Below are positions 11,512 through 25,189 of a DNA stretch of 64,000 nucleotides, one piece after another. The position numbers and the translations under genes are program-made. The DNA comes from Octopus sinensis (Eukaryota): positions 92,566,001-92,630,000 of the forward strand of contig NC_042999.1 in the NCBI RefSeq assembly GCF_006345805.1. The letters run 5' to 3'. Numbering within the stretch: the first letter of the stretch is position 1; the number at the start of each line of letters is the position of its first letter. A model generated the notes under the pieces. That model did not search any database, was not told the DNA's origin, and saw nothing but the letters and a program-made list of their open reading frames with translations.

Positions 11512-13701
11512 TCTGGTCTAAAACCAGAGATCACTTATCAACAAAAAAAAAATCCAGTTTTTCTGCGAAGTCGGAACACGATTTAACTCTACGCATCATC
11601 TTTCGACGATTTGTTTCCGGCCACTACAAACAGTTGTAGAAGGAGCGTCTTTCTTATTCTACAGCCATGATGACGGACGCCGTCATATATTCGATGCCTT
11701 TTCTCCACCTTCGTCATCGTCGTTTTTCTACTTCACGTCGTCGCTATCTTCGTCGCCATCATCACTAAGAACGATGTTGTCTCAAGTCCACTACAGTCGC
11801 CTTCCACCACCACCGTCGCCCTTTCAACACCGTCGACCTCCACCAAGATGTACATAGCAACTCGCGGAAGTTTGGTCCACTTGCCGTTTGTGCATTAGCA
11901 CACCAAGAATTCACAGCCCAGCACTATCTACGAGATTTCTTCTGTTCCAGTTAACCTGTCACAGCATTGAGGCCACAACCGCTACACGATATGTGTTCAA
12001 TCGGCATCTGCATTTGTGATCTCAACATTCTGTTACAGAACCAACTGCTATTGTGCATCAGGCTATTACAGACTGGTAAATTAACTCTTGTCTGAAATAG
12101 CACTTGAGAGACATTTTTTTCTATGCGCTGTATTTATATTTTGCTCGCATTCACCTTGTATGTATTTTTGTCGCACACACGTACACACACATAAATGCTC
12201 TCTCTCACATACATACGTCACACATGCTTTTCTCGCTTGTTTTTTTTCCATGCTGAATTTGCCTTTTGTGGACACCCCTCATTTCTATAGACCCTAGCGA
12301 TCACGTATACATAGAGAGGGTTGTTTGTCCATTATAACGCGCCGGCATGTCATACCTTTGTTCCTGTACGAACGAGGCATATAATCGCTCAACCACTGGC
12401 ATATTCTTGCTGTTTTTTCGGTCTGGCAAGCACTATTGCATTTCATGCGCCTTGCTTCGCACGTGTATTGCCTTGTTTTTTGCAACACGTTTGCGTTGGC
12501 TTAGTTCTTTTCCCGACTCATAGGACGTCGGATGTTCACATGCGCTGCGCCATGTTTAGGCGTAATTATTTTTCCCTGTTAGACCACTGTTGGTCACGTA
12601 ATTAACAGAAAATTATCTGTGTCGCGCATCACACCAGCATGGTTGCACTTTTGCCTTTTGTGTTACTAGCGAGCTTCTGTCAATTCCATTTCCTCTCCTG
12701 CAGCAATTGATTTAACTGCTATTTCGCAGGATCAACCACATTTAGAGAAGTTGGATTTAAATTTCGCCTAGGTTCATTGACTGTGAGTTTTGCTTTCCCT
12801 CCGCTTCCTACAGCGGAAGGCTCTATACTTTGTGACGTATACACTTTCATGCATGCACTCTTGATTTTTGCTCATTGAGTATTTTTTCTCTTTTTCCTTT
12901 AGTAAATTTCTTGTGTATGTTATAAATTTTGCCATTATATTATTGTGTGCTATTTGGTTATCTGGTGTCCACCTTGAGTTTTGCAGTCACTACAATAAGT
13001 TTCCTTTCGTGCGTACGCACTGGAGGGGAGCCTTGTAGTGATACTATAACGGCGCGCGCTCGCGCACCGTCCATTTGTATTTCGCGCGTGTTGGTGCCTT
13101 TACCAAGGCAGAGAGAGGAAGGGCCCTCTCGCGCATGCGCGAACCACCGGAAGCACGACCCTTTTGCTACGTGGTAGTTAGCCAAGGAAAGGGGGTCGTA
13201 GAACGTTTGACCACTAGCAGCAGTCAGCGGGGACTTTGAGACATGGCTATCGAAGGCAACGGTCAAGTATATTCTCTCTCCGTCAGGACTTGATTCTAGC
13301 AGCAGTCGGCCGAATGCCTTTAACCAAATTGTTGCCGACCACATTCAACTTCCCTGTTCGACGCCATCTTGAACCCGTTCTGGTTTTAGCGGCTGAATAT
13401 TGTAAATATTACAATCGATTAACTTTCAGCCTTGCGCGCCCCGAACCAAGGACATCAGATAACACACTTATTGTTATTGTTACCAAGAAAGAGAATAAAG
13501 TAGTATATATATATTTTACGTCTGCGTCTTGTTGTTTCTGACTGGTAGAATTCTGGATTATTAAAGCAACGGCTAGTGATTGCTTTCTTGTACCCCGAAA
13601 GTACAAGAGAAGATATGCACACTCACAAAGTTCGTTACAGTGATTATTAAAAAGCTGCCTGGTCGTTCTTACTCTTCCTTTTGACTCTTTTACTTTTTAC
13701 G

Positions 13702-13736
<35 letters not shown>

Positions 13737-13737
13737 T

Positions 13738-13885
13738 GAGGCTTCTATAACTTTCCGTTAATCAAATCCATTGGTAGGGTATTGGATGCCCCCGGGCTGC
13801 AGTAAGAGTTGCCGCCCAGTGGCACTGAACTACATGTTGGGATGCAAGCTCTGAAACACATAGTCTTGCATGCGCTTATAAGCCA
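13738..13885 (-). mobile_element. SINE family C, degenerate 5' part
   Basis: GGCTTCT...TTTCCGT.AATCAAATC matches the reverse complement of GATTTGGTAGACGGAAACTGAAAGAAGCC at 43184. Confidence 0.45.
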
Positions 13886-14782
13886 CGCCTGCGCCTTTCG
13901 TCGTACGGGAACCAGGCCATTCAGGCACACTAATATAAACAGATTTTATAACAGAATATCAGTACAAAACATAATGTTGAAGAAGCTCCGTTCCCAATAC
14001 ACCAAGTAGAAAAAGGTGTTTTAGCTAAGTACGTAGATAATAGATTAGAATATATGTATAACTACAGATTTATTTATATCTTCTATCAGTAAATGAGCAA
14101 ACAAGCAAAACCACTTAAATTGCTTACATATTTCCTCAATTGTTAAAATCCATCTACATTCAAAATAACAAACCGTTTTCCTATTCACCAATTAATAGTT
14201 TTCACATATTTTTGGTTACGTAATTTCACCACAGAGACCGTCATAGAATTTTTCATACAAGTGTTTTTATCGCGACACATTTTGTCTGCAGAATATTTTC
14301 TATAGAAATTTGAGTAGTTTTAAACATAGTTACATGCCCATAAGTGGAACTAATAATTCACGCCAAGTTGTTGTCAGTGGTACTTCAAAACAATCAATCA
14401 ATATTTATTTCTGTGTATGTATTTGTGTGTGATTGTATCTTAATGCGTAAGTTATAAAGTATATCTAATCATCTGATATAGTACTCAATATGTTGGATGG
14501 AGTGAATAGGTCTGTTTATTGTAGGAATAGTTAACAGTGCACCCTGAGTTCGATCCCGGTATGAATGTTTGTGTACCTGTATATGTCTGTGTGGGAGTGT
14601 GTATTAATATACAAGTATTTGTGTGTATACAAACATACATACACATACATACATGCATACATACTTACACACATACATACATACATACATCCATCCATCC
14701 ATCCACCCATCCATCCATCCATCCATCCATCCATCCATCCATACATACATACATACATACATACATACATACATACATACAT

Positions 14783-15520
14783 AGAAGAAACAATAGAATT
14801 GAGATGAACCGCAGCTTCTCTTGGACACAAGAACACTACATCACATCACACTTTGAAGGCTATGCGTTTGTAATACAGGAACAGGAGATTGCCACAATGT
14901 ACCTAGTGAACAAGAGAGACACTGACGCTCTTGTAATCTCAAGGGCCAACTGCATGTGTAAGCTATGTCATGTCCCTGTGGAAGACTACGAATGTGATTA
15001 GCAGCTGTCCTAAAATGTCGTCACGGTACTACCTCCCTATGCGGCACGATGGTAGAATATTCCAATCAATACTCTATCAAATCTAAGCATAACAGGTCGG
15101 ATATTGTTGTTTGGGACAGAGGGGTAAATATATGTACCATCATAAAGGTCAGTTGCCCTGCAGATATAGATATCTCTTTGAAAATCAAAGAAAAAGAGGA
15201 TAACTATGAACAACTGTTTCGAAACCTCCAGCTTCTATATCCAGACTATGAATTCATATTCACACCAATAATAATTGGAGAACTAGGTTTTGTTAGTAAA
15301 TGCTTAAAGGAGAATCTGGATGAACTGGATTTTCAGAAAGAAAAATCGACCGGCTAATTCGTACATTACAAGTGCAATCTGTGAGTGGAATAGTAAAAAT
15401 ATGCAAAACTTTTCTCAAGCTCGAAATGTGAATTTGTCTAACTACATCCCAAAGATGGAGCCTTTTGTTTGAAAACCAGTTCCCTCCTCAGTGGAAAATT
15501 TATGATAATTAAAAAGTAGA
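14783..15520 (+). pseudogene. R4/Dong-like RLE non-LTR retrotransposon 3' fragment flanked by (CATA)n
   Basis: CKLCHVPVED...SCPKMSSRYYLPMRHD (CCHC) and HNRSDIVVWD...IIKVSCPAD...KEKEDNYEQL...PIIIGELG (RLE). Confidence 0.8.
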
Positions 15521-15786
15521 AGAGACACATACACATACATACAAACATACATACAACCATACTTATTTTAATGGTGTTCACACCGCCGGGTTGAATGATA
15601 CTGCCCATGTGTCGAAACCATAATGATATCCGTGGCGCAGCTGATGATAAAAGTATACATATATATTTTATTAAACTTTTAATACTTTTGATATATATTT
15701 AAAATAATATAAATTAATTAATTTTATGTATTGGCTTAAGTTTTTCATTGTTTGATTTGCCTAATAGTGGTTTTATCTCTAATTTA

Positions 15787-15844
<58 letters not shown>

Positions 15845-15845
<1 letters not shown>

Positions 15846-16030
15846 CGGGAAGGTTTACGAAGATAAACGAAAGACGAAGGCAGGTGGAGTACAAACAAAT
15901 GTATTAGTATGGCGCTCAGGAATAGAAATAGAACAAGTCTTTTACGTTACGAGCCTACGCTCTTCGACAGAAAGATACACAAAAAAGAAACAAGGAGAGA
16001 AACAAATGCGTGTAGAAGCTAACGGTCTAT
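15845..16030 (-). mobile_element. Penelope-like terminal repeat remnant with hammerhead-like motif (15936-15975)
   Basis: Near-identical to 41780-41975 in opposite orientation. Motif TCTTT-CTGTCGA-A-GAGC gtag GCTC-GTAA-CGTA-AAAGA. Confidence 0.6.
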
Positions 16031-16127
16031 CATATATATATATGCAGATAGTTAGATAGAGAAAGAGATATACATGGATAGATAGAGAGAGAGAGATACA
16101 TATACACCCCACTTACAGGGATATCTT

Positions 16128-16925
16128 CGCAATCGAGGAACAGGAGACAGCTACTAAATACCCGATAAACAAGAGAGACAAATATACTACCAGACCTTCA
16201 CTTTGTGATAGTAAATGTCGGCTATGCAAACCAGTGTGGAAGATATCACCTTCATCATCAGCTGTTGGTCTAAAATATCCACAAGTTACTACCTGCCCCT
16301 GAGGCATAATATACTTTCAAAGGCTATTTGCAATACTATCCGAAAGAAGGATTACCCTGACGTATACATCAAAGCCATATCAGAACCAGCATGTATTCGC
16401 ACCTTTAGAAACAAGGCATAATGGTGGGAAACTCCAGTAACAACGGTAATTAGGTGCAAACATAACAGACTGATATTGTTCCATGAGACAAGAAACAAAA
16501 TCATGCACTGTTGAAGAGGTCAACTGCCCAGGAAGAAGAGAACATTTATGGTGAATTGATGCGGAGCTTACAGCTCTTTTGCCGTGGCTATACATTTTCA
16601 TTTATACTCATCATGATAAGTGCATGAGGCTCTGTACCTACAAAATTACAACAAAATACTAGAAATACGTGCTTTTCGAAGAAAGGGCAAATCCAATCTC
16701 TTCGCGGCATAGTGAAGATTTGAAAAACATTCCTAAGATATTCTATTTGAGGTTTTTTAGACGATGAATAGATGCACACACTTGAGTGTGTACCTCAACT
16801 GTTCATCTAACACACCAAATCAACCATATATTTACAAAGACTGGGAGCTCTCTCAACTTAAAAAGTCTTGTTTTGTTAGCGACCGGTTTAAATTCCCTTA
16901 AGAAGAATTTAAATTAAACACAATG
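16128..16925 (+). pseudogene. R4/Dong-like 3' fragment (second, diverged copy)
   Basis: CRLCQTSVEDITFIISCWSKISTSYYLPLRHN and HNR.DI patterns homologous to 14783-15520. Followed by (CATA)n. Confidence 0.7.
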
Positions 16926-17053
16926 AAGAAAGAAACATGCATACAAACATACATACATACATACATACATACATTCAAAAACACATACATACATACATAC
17001 ATACATACATACATACATACATACATACATACATACATGCATGCATACATACA

Positions 17054-17540
17054 GCTGAAGATCAGTGGAAAGAAAATAGCTACTATTGAGAAATCTGTAG
17101 TTACTCTATTCAGATTCCAAGTTTAAGTTTATGCCTGTAGTTATTAGGGCTCTGGGATATGTAACTCACTGCTTAAATACCAATCTTGAGAAATTAGGTT
17201 TCTCAAAACCAAAAGGGAGAAAGCTAATTAGAAGACTATAGATCTAATCAATTGTTGGAACCGTAAAAATTTGTAAAACTTTCCAGAAGTTTATCATTTA
17301 AATATGCAAGTATATGCATGAGAAGACATACATGAAACAAAATATACAAATCTGCACATATAGATACATACATGCTTGCATGCGGCCATACATACATATA
17401 TACATACGTACACACACATACATACATGCAAAAATACCCTGTTGTTCATGTTGAAATTCCAATGAAGGAGCCTTGGATCTAGGTTAGAAATCGGCTCTTT
17501 ACCTATTGGCAAGAAATCTTGAAATAAAACAGAATAATAA
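17054..17540 (+). mobile_element. R4/Dong-like short 3' fragment between (CATA)n arrays
   Basis: PVVIRALGYV...NLEKLGF...VGTVKICKTFQKF corresponds to the C-terminus of the 14783 copy. The same tail recurs at 32946-33145. Confidence 0.65.
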
Positions 17541-18289
17541 CTTACACACATGCATACATGCACGCATACATACATACATACATACATACATACATACATA
17601 CATGCTATAAAACATCAGTCAGCTCTCCTTTTCCTATGAATTAATTATTGTAGTATGTCTACTTGAGCTTGTTCTTAAAAAACAAAATTACATATAGCAG
17701 CTATCATTTATCTTATTTACTCCACTCCTCGTTGTGTTACTTAGCCCACACCTTGTAAACAATGAAGAGATATGTTTTTAACATCTTCCATTGGAGAGAA
17801 CTAGTACTAATTAATAACATTATTTTTCGACAAAATAATAAACAACAATTATCTACATAACACTTTTATGTAAACAATTTTCATATCTCTCTCTTCTGTC
17901 ATAACATATTTTATAGAGAAAAGCTTCTGTGTGAATTTCTCGCGAGATTATCACATGAGCTTAATACATGAACGTTGACCAGTCAATTTGTACATTAACG
18001 GATAGTATTCTGAGCAACATTCCTACTTTAAAAGCTAACTATTGTTGTAATAACGGCCAGAACAGACATAATTCACGACACAGCTCCTTATACTAGACAC
18101 ATTTATAAAATAATTTTGAAACCGGTAACGTGCATTATTCTTTTTTAAAATACTATTAAATTCTAATTAATTCTAATATATTCAACTTCATTTGTTCTCT
18201 CTCTCTCTCTCATCTCCTTTTCCATATATATAAACTGTCAGCAAACTAAATGATTTGAAGGCACTTAGAAGAGATTAATAGTTAGATTC

Positions 18290-19900
18290 TAGTACAAGAG
18301 GCAGACTTTCTGCACAAAGCCATAAGCACTGGCGAATCCTGTAGCCAAGAATTAAACCACCGTTTCGGCAGAAAACTATAGGGCCATTGCTTGCTTAAAT
18401 ATGTGCTAGCTATACAAGGTGTATCATCTTATTCCACAAGATTGTCGAACAACATAGCAACTAATGAGGGTATGGTTTGAAAGAAGAGTGTGTAGGAATT
18501 TACGAATAATTTTGATGAAGAAAGTTGTGCTGCCCGAAGCAAGAAAATACCATGGCTTGATTATAGGAAAACGTTCAACTCTATTTCCCATTTGTTATGA
18601 CGGAAGTGTCTACACTTAGCAAAATAACTGCTTCTTTGGTCACTGCCATTGAAAGGCTCACAAAAACCTTGGCAACAATTCTCGCGCAACAGAGAGTGGA
18701 TCCATCGTCACCGGTGTAATAAATATTCCAAAGGGAATATTTATAACATTGGAGATGATCTTTCTGTAATTCCGTTCTTTTTCTTTATGGAAACCGTTAT
18801 CATTTCTTTTAGAAATTCCAATGGTTATATGCTAGGGTCTGCAACTGGTACAGATACCAATGTAGCTCACAATTTCTTTGTGAATGACCTGAAAATTTAT
18901 GTAAAATATACTTACCATACAAAAATCAGGTGATGTTAATAACATTTTTTGCTGACATGGGAAGACAATTCTGGCGGAAAAAGTATATATACTTGATTGT
19001 GAGCATGGAAACTCACTCCCATCACATCTAAAACTTGTGCACTAACAATCTCTATCTTTCCTGCTCTGCGCAAAAAGTGCTACGAACACCTGGATAGTGA
19101 TCAAAAATAAATCATTCGAAGGTGCTGCAAGCAAAGGTAGAGTGACCAGAGAAGCAAATGTACAAAAATTGATAGTCGGAGATCTCATCTCACATAAAAC
19201 TATATGCCACAATACATTTGTTGTACCAGCGCTGATACCAACATTTGGGATATTTCACTGGTCTGTAGAGGAACTCCACTCCATAGCCTTTAACGCCCGC
19301 AAGATCTTGACACCAACAGAAACTGATATCGACTGTGATATTCCACAGAAACAGTGATATCCGTAGGCTCTACTTAAGAAGAGACGAAGGAGTTAGAGGT
19401 TTGAGATCAGTGCAGACAGCCTTCGAATGTCGGGTAATATCTTTCAGATAGCACCTGCTAAGCATCAGCAAAATTAAATATATAAACCAAGGGGTCGAAG
19501 GCGAAGAGAACAACATTCTATATATCGGCCCTTCAGGAAGTAATTTATTCCTGATGGACTTCCATACAACCCCAAAGCAGCTGAAAGTGAAACGCTCAGT
19601 ATAACAAAAATTGATCATGAATGGGTATCTTTCCCAAAGACTGAAAGATGACAGAAATATTGACAGGAAGTACAACCTCTCTTGTATTCTTCACCGCTAC
19701 ACTACAATTCGAACGCTATGCATTTGCAATGCAGGAAGCGCCCTTGGAGTATAAAGACACAACTCAAAATATCAAGTATGTCACTTTTCTGTAGAAGACA
19801 CTTTATGGCACTTTTCTGTGATAAGCCTGCTTCAAAATGTCAAGATTTTGTATAACATAATGTTTATAGTAAAACAATTTACAATGTCTTATGAAAAAAT
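18290..19900 (+). pseudogene. Decayed R4/Dong-clade reverse transcriptase region
   Basis: Motif remnants WLDYRKTFNSISH (RT3), HNFFVNDLKIY (RT5) and RLYLRRDEGVRGL (R4-type RLY..R..GGRGL), with many stops and frameshifts. Confidence 0.7.
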
Positions 19901-19933
19901 AAAATAAAAAGGCTTACTGCGAAAGAAGGTAAA

Positions 19934-19935
<2 letters not shown>

Positions 19936-19964
<29 letters not shown>

Positions 19965-20045
19965 CTTCTTCTTCTTCTTCTTCTTCTTCTTCTTCTTCTT
20001 CTAGCAGCAGCAGCACCACCACCACCACCACTACCATCACCACCT
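19936..20045. repeat. (CTT)n-(AGC)n-(ACC)n microsatellite
   Basis: Directly visible. Confidence 0.95.
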
Positions 20046-21371
20046 GTTTTTTTTTAAAGATCTAAAGGAATAATTGATGAGTCACTCTATTTGGAGACAT
20101 CTTTTGAACATACCAAAAGTCAAGTTACTTAACGTTATTTAACGACAAACATACCCAGTTTGTCGTTTGACTTCTTAGCACATTTGCTGCTGTCTTTTAC
20201 GTTCCACTCTTGCCTCTAAAGAAGATTAATTCTCTGTCTTTATCTGATTATATCTAAGTGTTTCTGTGACATAGATTCTTTACTCCTTATTCTCTTCATA
20301 TTTTTGACGCCTTATATCTACCATCAACAACTTCATTTTACATTCAACATGCTCAGGATTTATCTATGCTCGGCTCTATCTATATAAAGCAATATATTAT
20401 GCTCTTCACATTCGGTTATTTATATCTCTTACTTTTGATCAGTAAAACAGTAAAAAAAAAATCCTTATATTTTATAGGAAATGGGAAAATTCTAAATTGT
20501 GACATCATATATTTATTAAGGGATTTAACAACATTACTGAAGTAGAATGGCTGCCATAAGAATTAAGCTCACTTGGATTTTATCGCATTCTGTGAATCGT
20601 TTCTCAAATTTAAAATGTTTGCTAATTAACAAAATATTTCGTTATTTTTTATCAAGTATTTTTAGTTTACTGTTTATAATTACAGAATTTTTAGAGCCGT
20701 TTAGAAATGGCTATGGACATTAATGTTAATACTCAGCAATTTTTAATGTATATTTCCTGACAGTTTTCTTCACCTTCTGGTTTTCTTTCTTCTGAAAAAT
20801 AATTTATACACCCGTTTTCCATGTAAAAAAAAAATCTTCAGATTCTGCTTATATCGCGTCTGTACACTGCCAAACATAAATTTCTTTTGAAAAATATTAT
20901 TATATTTTACATATTTATATTGTAACAAAATTGAAGTATTGTTCTCTTGACACAATATACGTTCTTAAATAATATTACTAAATATTATCCAACAATAAAT
21001 TTCAATTGAAAACATAATCCTATTATTTCAATAAGCTTGTATTCAAGTAACGCTATAATGTATATATACTTCTGAGATGTTTCGTGTGGCTTTTAATAAT
21101 GCAACAAAGAACTGGAAATATTTCATGAAAATTGAAAATAATCAAGTATTGTAAGAAGAGACATAACCACAAGAGACCATTTTTCTTCTTTCATTAGCAA
21201 AAAAAAAAAAACATTAGAAAAATAATTTCTAAAATTATAAAAAAAAACGAAAAATGTTTAAAAAAGACATAAACAACCCTCCCCTCCACAAAGGATGAAA
21301 AAAAATATACAAAACGTAATTGACATCAGGAGAGATACGTTTCAAACAAAACAATTTCAATTTATAAAAAT

Positions 21372-21523
21372 ATCATCATCTTCATCATCATTACCACCAC
21401 CATCATCATCATCATCATCATCGTCGTCATCATCATCATCATCATCATCATCATCGTCACCACCACCACCGCCGCCGCCGCCCCCCGCCGCCGCCGCCGC
21501 CGCCGCCGCGCCGCCGCCGCCGC

Positions 21524-21570
<47 letters not shown>

Positions 21571-21615
21571 ACCACCACCACCACCACCCACCACCACCAC
21601 CACCACACCACCACC

Positions 21616-21661
<46 letters not shown>
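21372..21661. repeat. Compound trinucleotide array (CAT)n-(CCG)n-(CCA)n-(CTA)n
   Basis: Directly visible. Confidence 0.95.
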
Positions 21662-22094
21662 TCTTTTTTTCAATATTAAATATTCCATTCCTTTCCAAGT
21701 ATCTTTGTTTTACTTTATTTTAATCATAGCTGTTTATTATTATTATTATTATTATTATTGAGATTTCTCCCCTCAACTTTCCTCCACATATTGAATTGAG
21801 TTACGATTGTTTCAAGTTTGAAATAATCCGAATCTAAGACTTTGTCAATGCAAGAGATTTGAAATACGAGATTTTGGCAGAACTTCTAACAGCGTTATTG
21901 CATATTAATCTAACTTTGCCAGCTTCACTATCAACAACAAAAATAGCAACATCAACAACAGCAAAAAAAAAAAAAATCAACAAAAACAACAAAAACAAGA
22001 AACGTAAGGATGACATCTGACACTTGCATAAAACCAGAAGGCAGGCGGGTATGCAAGCAATTCTTTCGATTGAGAAGAAGCAGAAAAAACATTT

Positions 22095-22760
22095 TGATGA
22101 TGATAATGTTGATAATGATGATAATAATGATGATGATGATGATGATCATGATGATGATGATCATGATGATGACGACGACGACGACGATGACGATGATGAT
22201 GATGATGATGATGATAATGATGATGATGGTGGTGATGATGATGAGTAGACTCCTGTTGTTGTTGTTGCAGTTGTCTATATTTTTGATGTTGAAGGTGACG
22301 ACGATCATTATGGTGATGACGTGATGATTATGATATTTATGATGACGCTCATGATGTTGATTGATCACGAGGACGATGATGATGGCAATGATGATGGTGA
22401 TGGTGATGATGGTGATGATGGCGACGGTGATGGTTATGATTATGATCATGGTGACTATGATGATGTTGCTAATGATGATGCCGAGGCTTCTGAAGAAAAA
22501 TGATTATAAGGCTGACAATGATGATGATGGCGATGATGATGATAATGATGTTGATGATGGCGGTGGTGATGCTGGCGATGGTGCTGGCGACGAAAGCGAA
22601 GATTGTGATGACGACGATAAATTAAGCGTGCCAATCGAAACGTACCGCGGCTGCTGCGACTGCTGCTACTGCTGATGCTGTTGCAGTTGCAATAAACAAC
22701 GAAGAAACAAACAAACAAACAAACAAACAAATAAATAAACAAATAAATAAATAAATAAAT
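22095..22760. repeat. Degenerate (GAT)n/(GAC)n low-complexity tract ending in (AAAC)n/(AAAT)n
   Basis: Directly visible. Confidence 0.9.
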
Positions 22761-23050
22761 GAAAATGCAACGCATAAAAACCACCACTGCCAACACCACA
22801 ACCAACAGCATGAATATCAACATCAACATCAATATTACTGCATTAGCATTAACATGAAGAAAGATAAAAACAACAGCAAGAGCCAGCCCCAGGATCCTTA
22901 ATGTTTAGATGAAGGAATGATTTATAGTTGGGCTTCATGAAATATTTGTCTGATGATTTATATCAGAGAATTAATCTAGAATATGGCTAACTTTAGTGAT
23001 ACGTTGCATCATCAAACGCTTCAATATATTAACAGCACAAGCACACACCC

Positions 23051-23092
<42 letters not shown>

Positions 23093-23280
23093 GCACAGGT
23101 ACACAGACACGCGTACACATACAAACGTGATCATTCACACACACTTTTATAAAACACGCTCATACGAAATATACTCAGAAGCAAAAAGAAATACGAAAAT
23201 ATTAAAATTTGTATATGCTTATAAATTTAGATACATGCCTACACGCCAAATACAATATATACAAATATACATACATATAA

Positions 23281-23323
<43 letters not shown>

Positions 23324-23668
23324 CATATGTATATATGTATAATATATACATATATATACGTTATATATATACACATTATATATTACATACATGAATACAC
23401 ACATATATGTATACATATATATATATATACACATACATAAATACATGCACACACACACGTATATATCTTTTTATATATACATGCACAAACATACACAAAC
23501 ACATGCACAAATACATATTCATATATATATAAAAACATATCTCGCATGCAAATATTTGACCCGAGCGTACACATTTATACACCTCATTATACACACATTC
23601 ACAGTAAGACACTCGCATCTAAACAGACACCTTTATAAACACACACGCGCGCGCGCATGCGTATTATG

Positions 23669-23720
<52 letters not shown>

Positions 23721-23971
23721 TATATCGGTGTATTTGGGTTTGTGGATATATGTGTGTATTTGTGAATGTGTATGTGGTTGCATATGAAATGCTTTTTATG
23801 TATGAGTGTATTTAACAGCGCATGTAGGATAGCATAAATTACCACTAAAGTAAGGAAACAGACAGAAATAGAGAGGAATGAGACAAACACGCCATACAGT
23901 GACATGCATGCAAAAACAATTAAATACACAGAAATATAGACACACTACAACATTTACTTACATATAGTCAG

Positions 23972-24006
<35 letters not shown>

Positions 24007-24075
24007 ACAGAGAGAGAGAGAGAGACCAACATATATACACGTACATATGTATGGTTTCATGCATATATGTATATG

Positions 24076-24137
<62 letters not shown>

Positions 24138-25189
24138 GCATGGATATACATATATGTATACACATGCATACATGCTTTTACATATACAAACATATACATA
24201 CATACACATGCACACGCATCCATCATAAATGTGCAGATGAAAGACAAGGGAAAAGGGGCTGTATTTTGTGCTCTTGGCATGAACAACAAAAGTGAGTCGA
24301 TAATGACTTGTTAGTCGTTTGACAGGAGTCATAAGCGCATATAACCTCAATTAGACTCGGTTAACATGAAAGTTTAAATAAAATGTATCAGAGCCAAAGA
24401 TATGCAGTTTCATGCATAAGGATATCCTTCATAAGGATTACTATGTGATCCTACGAAACTGCATTAAATTATTAACGTATAATAAGATGATAGACGTGTG
24501 CAATTTATTTACCCATCAAATATGCACTGATCGAATTTGAGAGTATCTATCTACTGCAATGTATAAATAGAATTTTTAAAAATCGCCAGATGAATAGAAA
24601 ATTCAAGCATGACCTTGTGATTAAGAAGTTCACTTAACAATTTAAGTTGTTCTGACAGCGATGATAATGCGAGAATACTTGGACAATTGTCCTGAACGAT
24701 GGTTCGAGCCGATCCAAGACTTTATTAACGAAATTCCGTAGACGTTTGAAACAGGTTGCAGTGACTCATGATTTTAATCGTCTGTTTTCCTTTATAATTA
24801 TAAAATCAAAACTTTAGATGTCTGTGCAGTTAAGGCGGTTGCTTCTGTGCAAGATTGTGTTTTCCATTTCATTGTTACTCGTGACGCCTTTTGTAAGTGT
24901 CTCCTGGCGTAATTAAAATGTGTTATCTAAAGCCCACTGAGTGAAATTTAGGAGAAGAAAATTACATGGAAGAATTTTGGCGAAACCATTGCTATTCTAG
25001 AGTGGTAGATTTAACATATGACCACTTTCAACACCTCTATCACTGACCAATTAGTATATTTAAGCTCAGTTAAATCTGTTTCAGCTATGTAGTTTAAGTC
25101 TCTTAACTCGATAATTTGACGTCTTACCTCCTACTACAGAAAAACATCAGTTGGATTTTCTTTCTCTTTTACCCGTTGTCACTAATTCA

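Larger units (their letters stand above)
10548..13639 (+). mobile_element. Non-autonomous Gypsy-like LTR retrotransposon
   Basis: LTR1 10548-11490 (with SINE insertion) and LTR2 13034-13639, with termini TGTA...TACA. GTGA 4-bp TSD at 10544-47 and 13640-43. PBS TGGTGACCCC(CC)GACGTGA complementary to the tRNA-Trp 3' end at 11492. PPT GGAGGGGAG at 13022-30. The ~1.5-kb interior has no gag/pol ORF. Confidence 0.9.

Noticed and set aside
11011-13606. Duplicated ORFs (101 aa, 65 aa) suggesting tandem genes
   Set aside because: They lie within the two LTRs and have no recognisable motifs.
21295-22832. Poly-S/P/A/T/H and poly-D/M ORFs resembling transcription-factor or acidic matrix proteins
   Set aside because: Pure trinucleotide repeats, open in several frames on both strands, with no adjoining domain.
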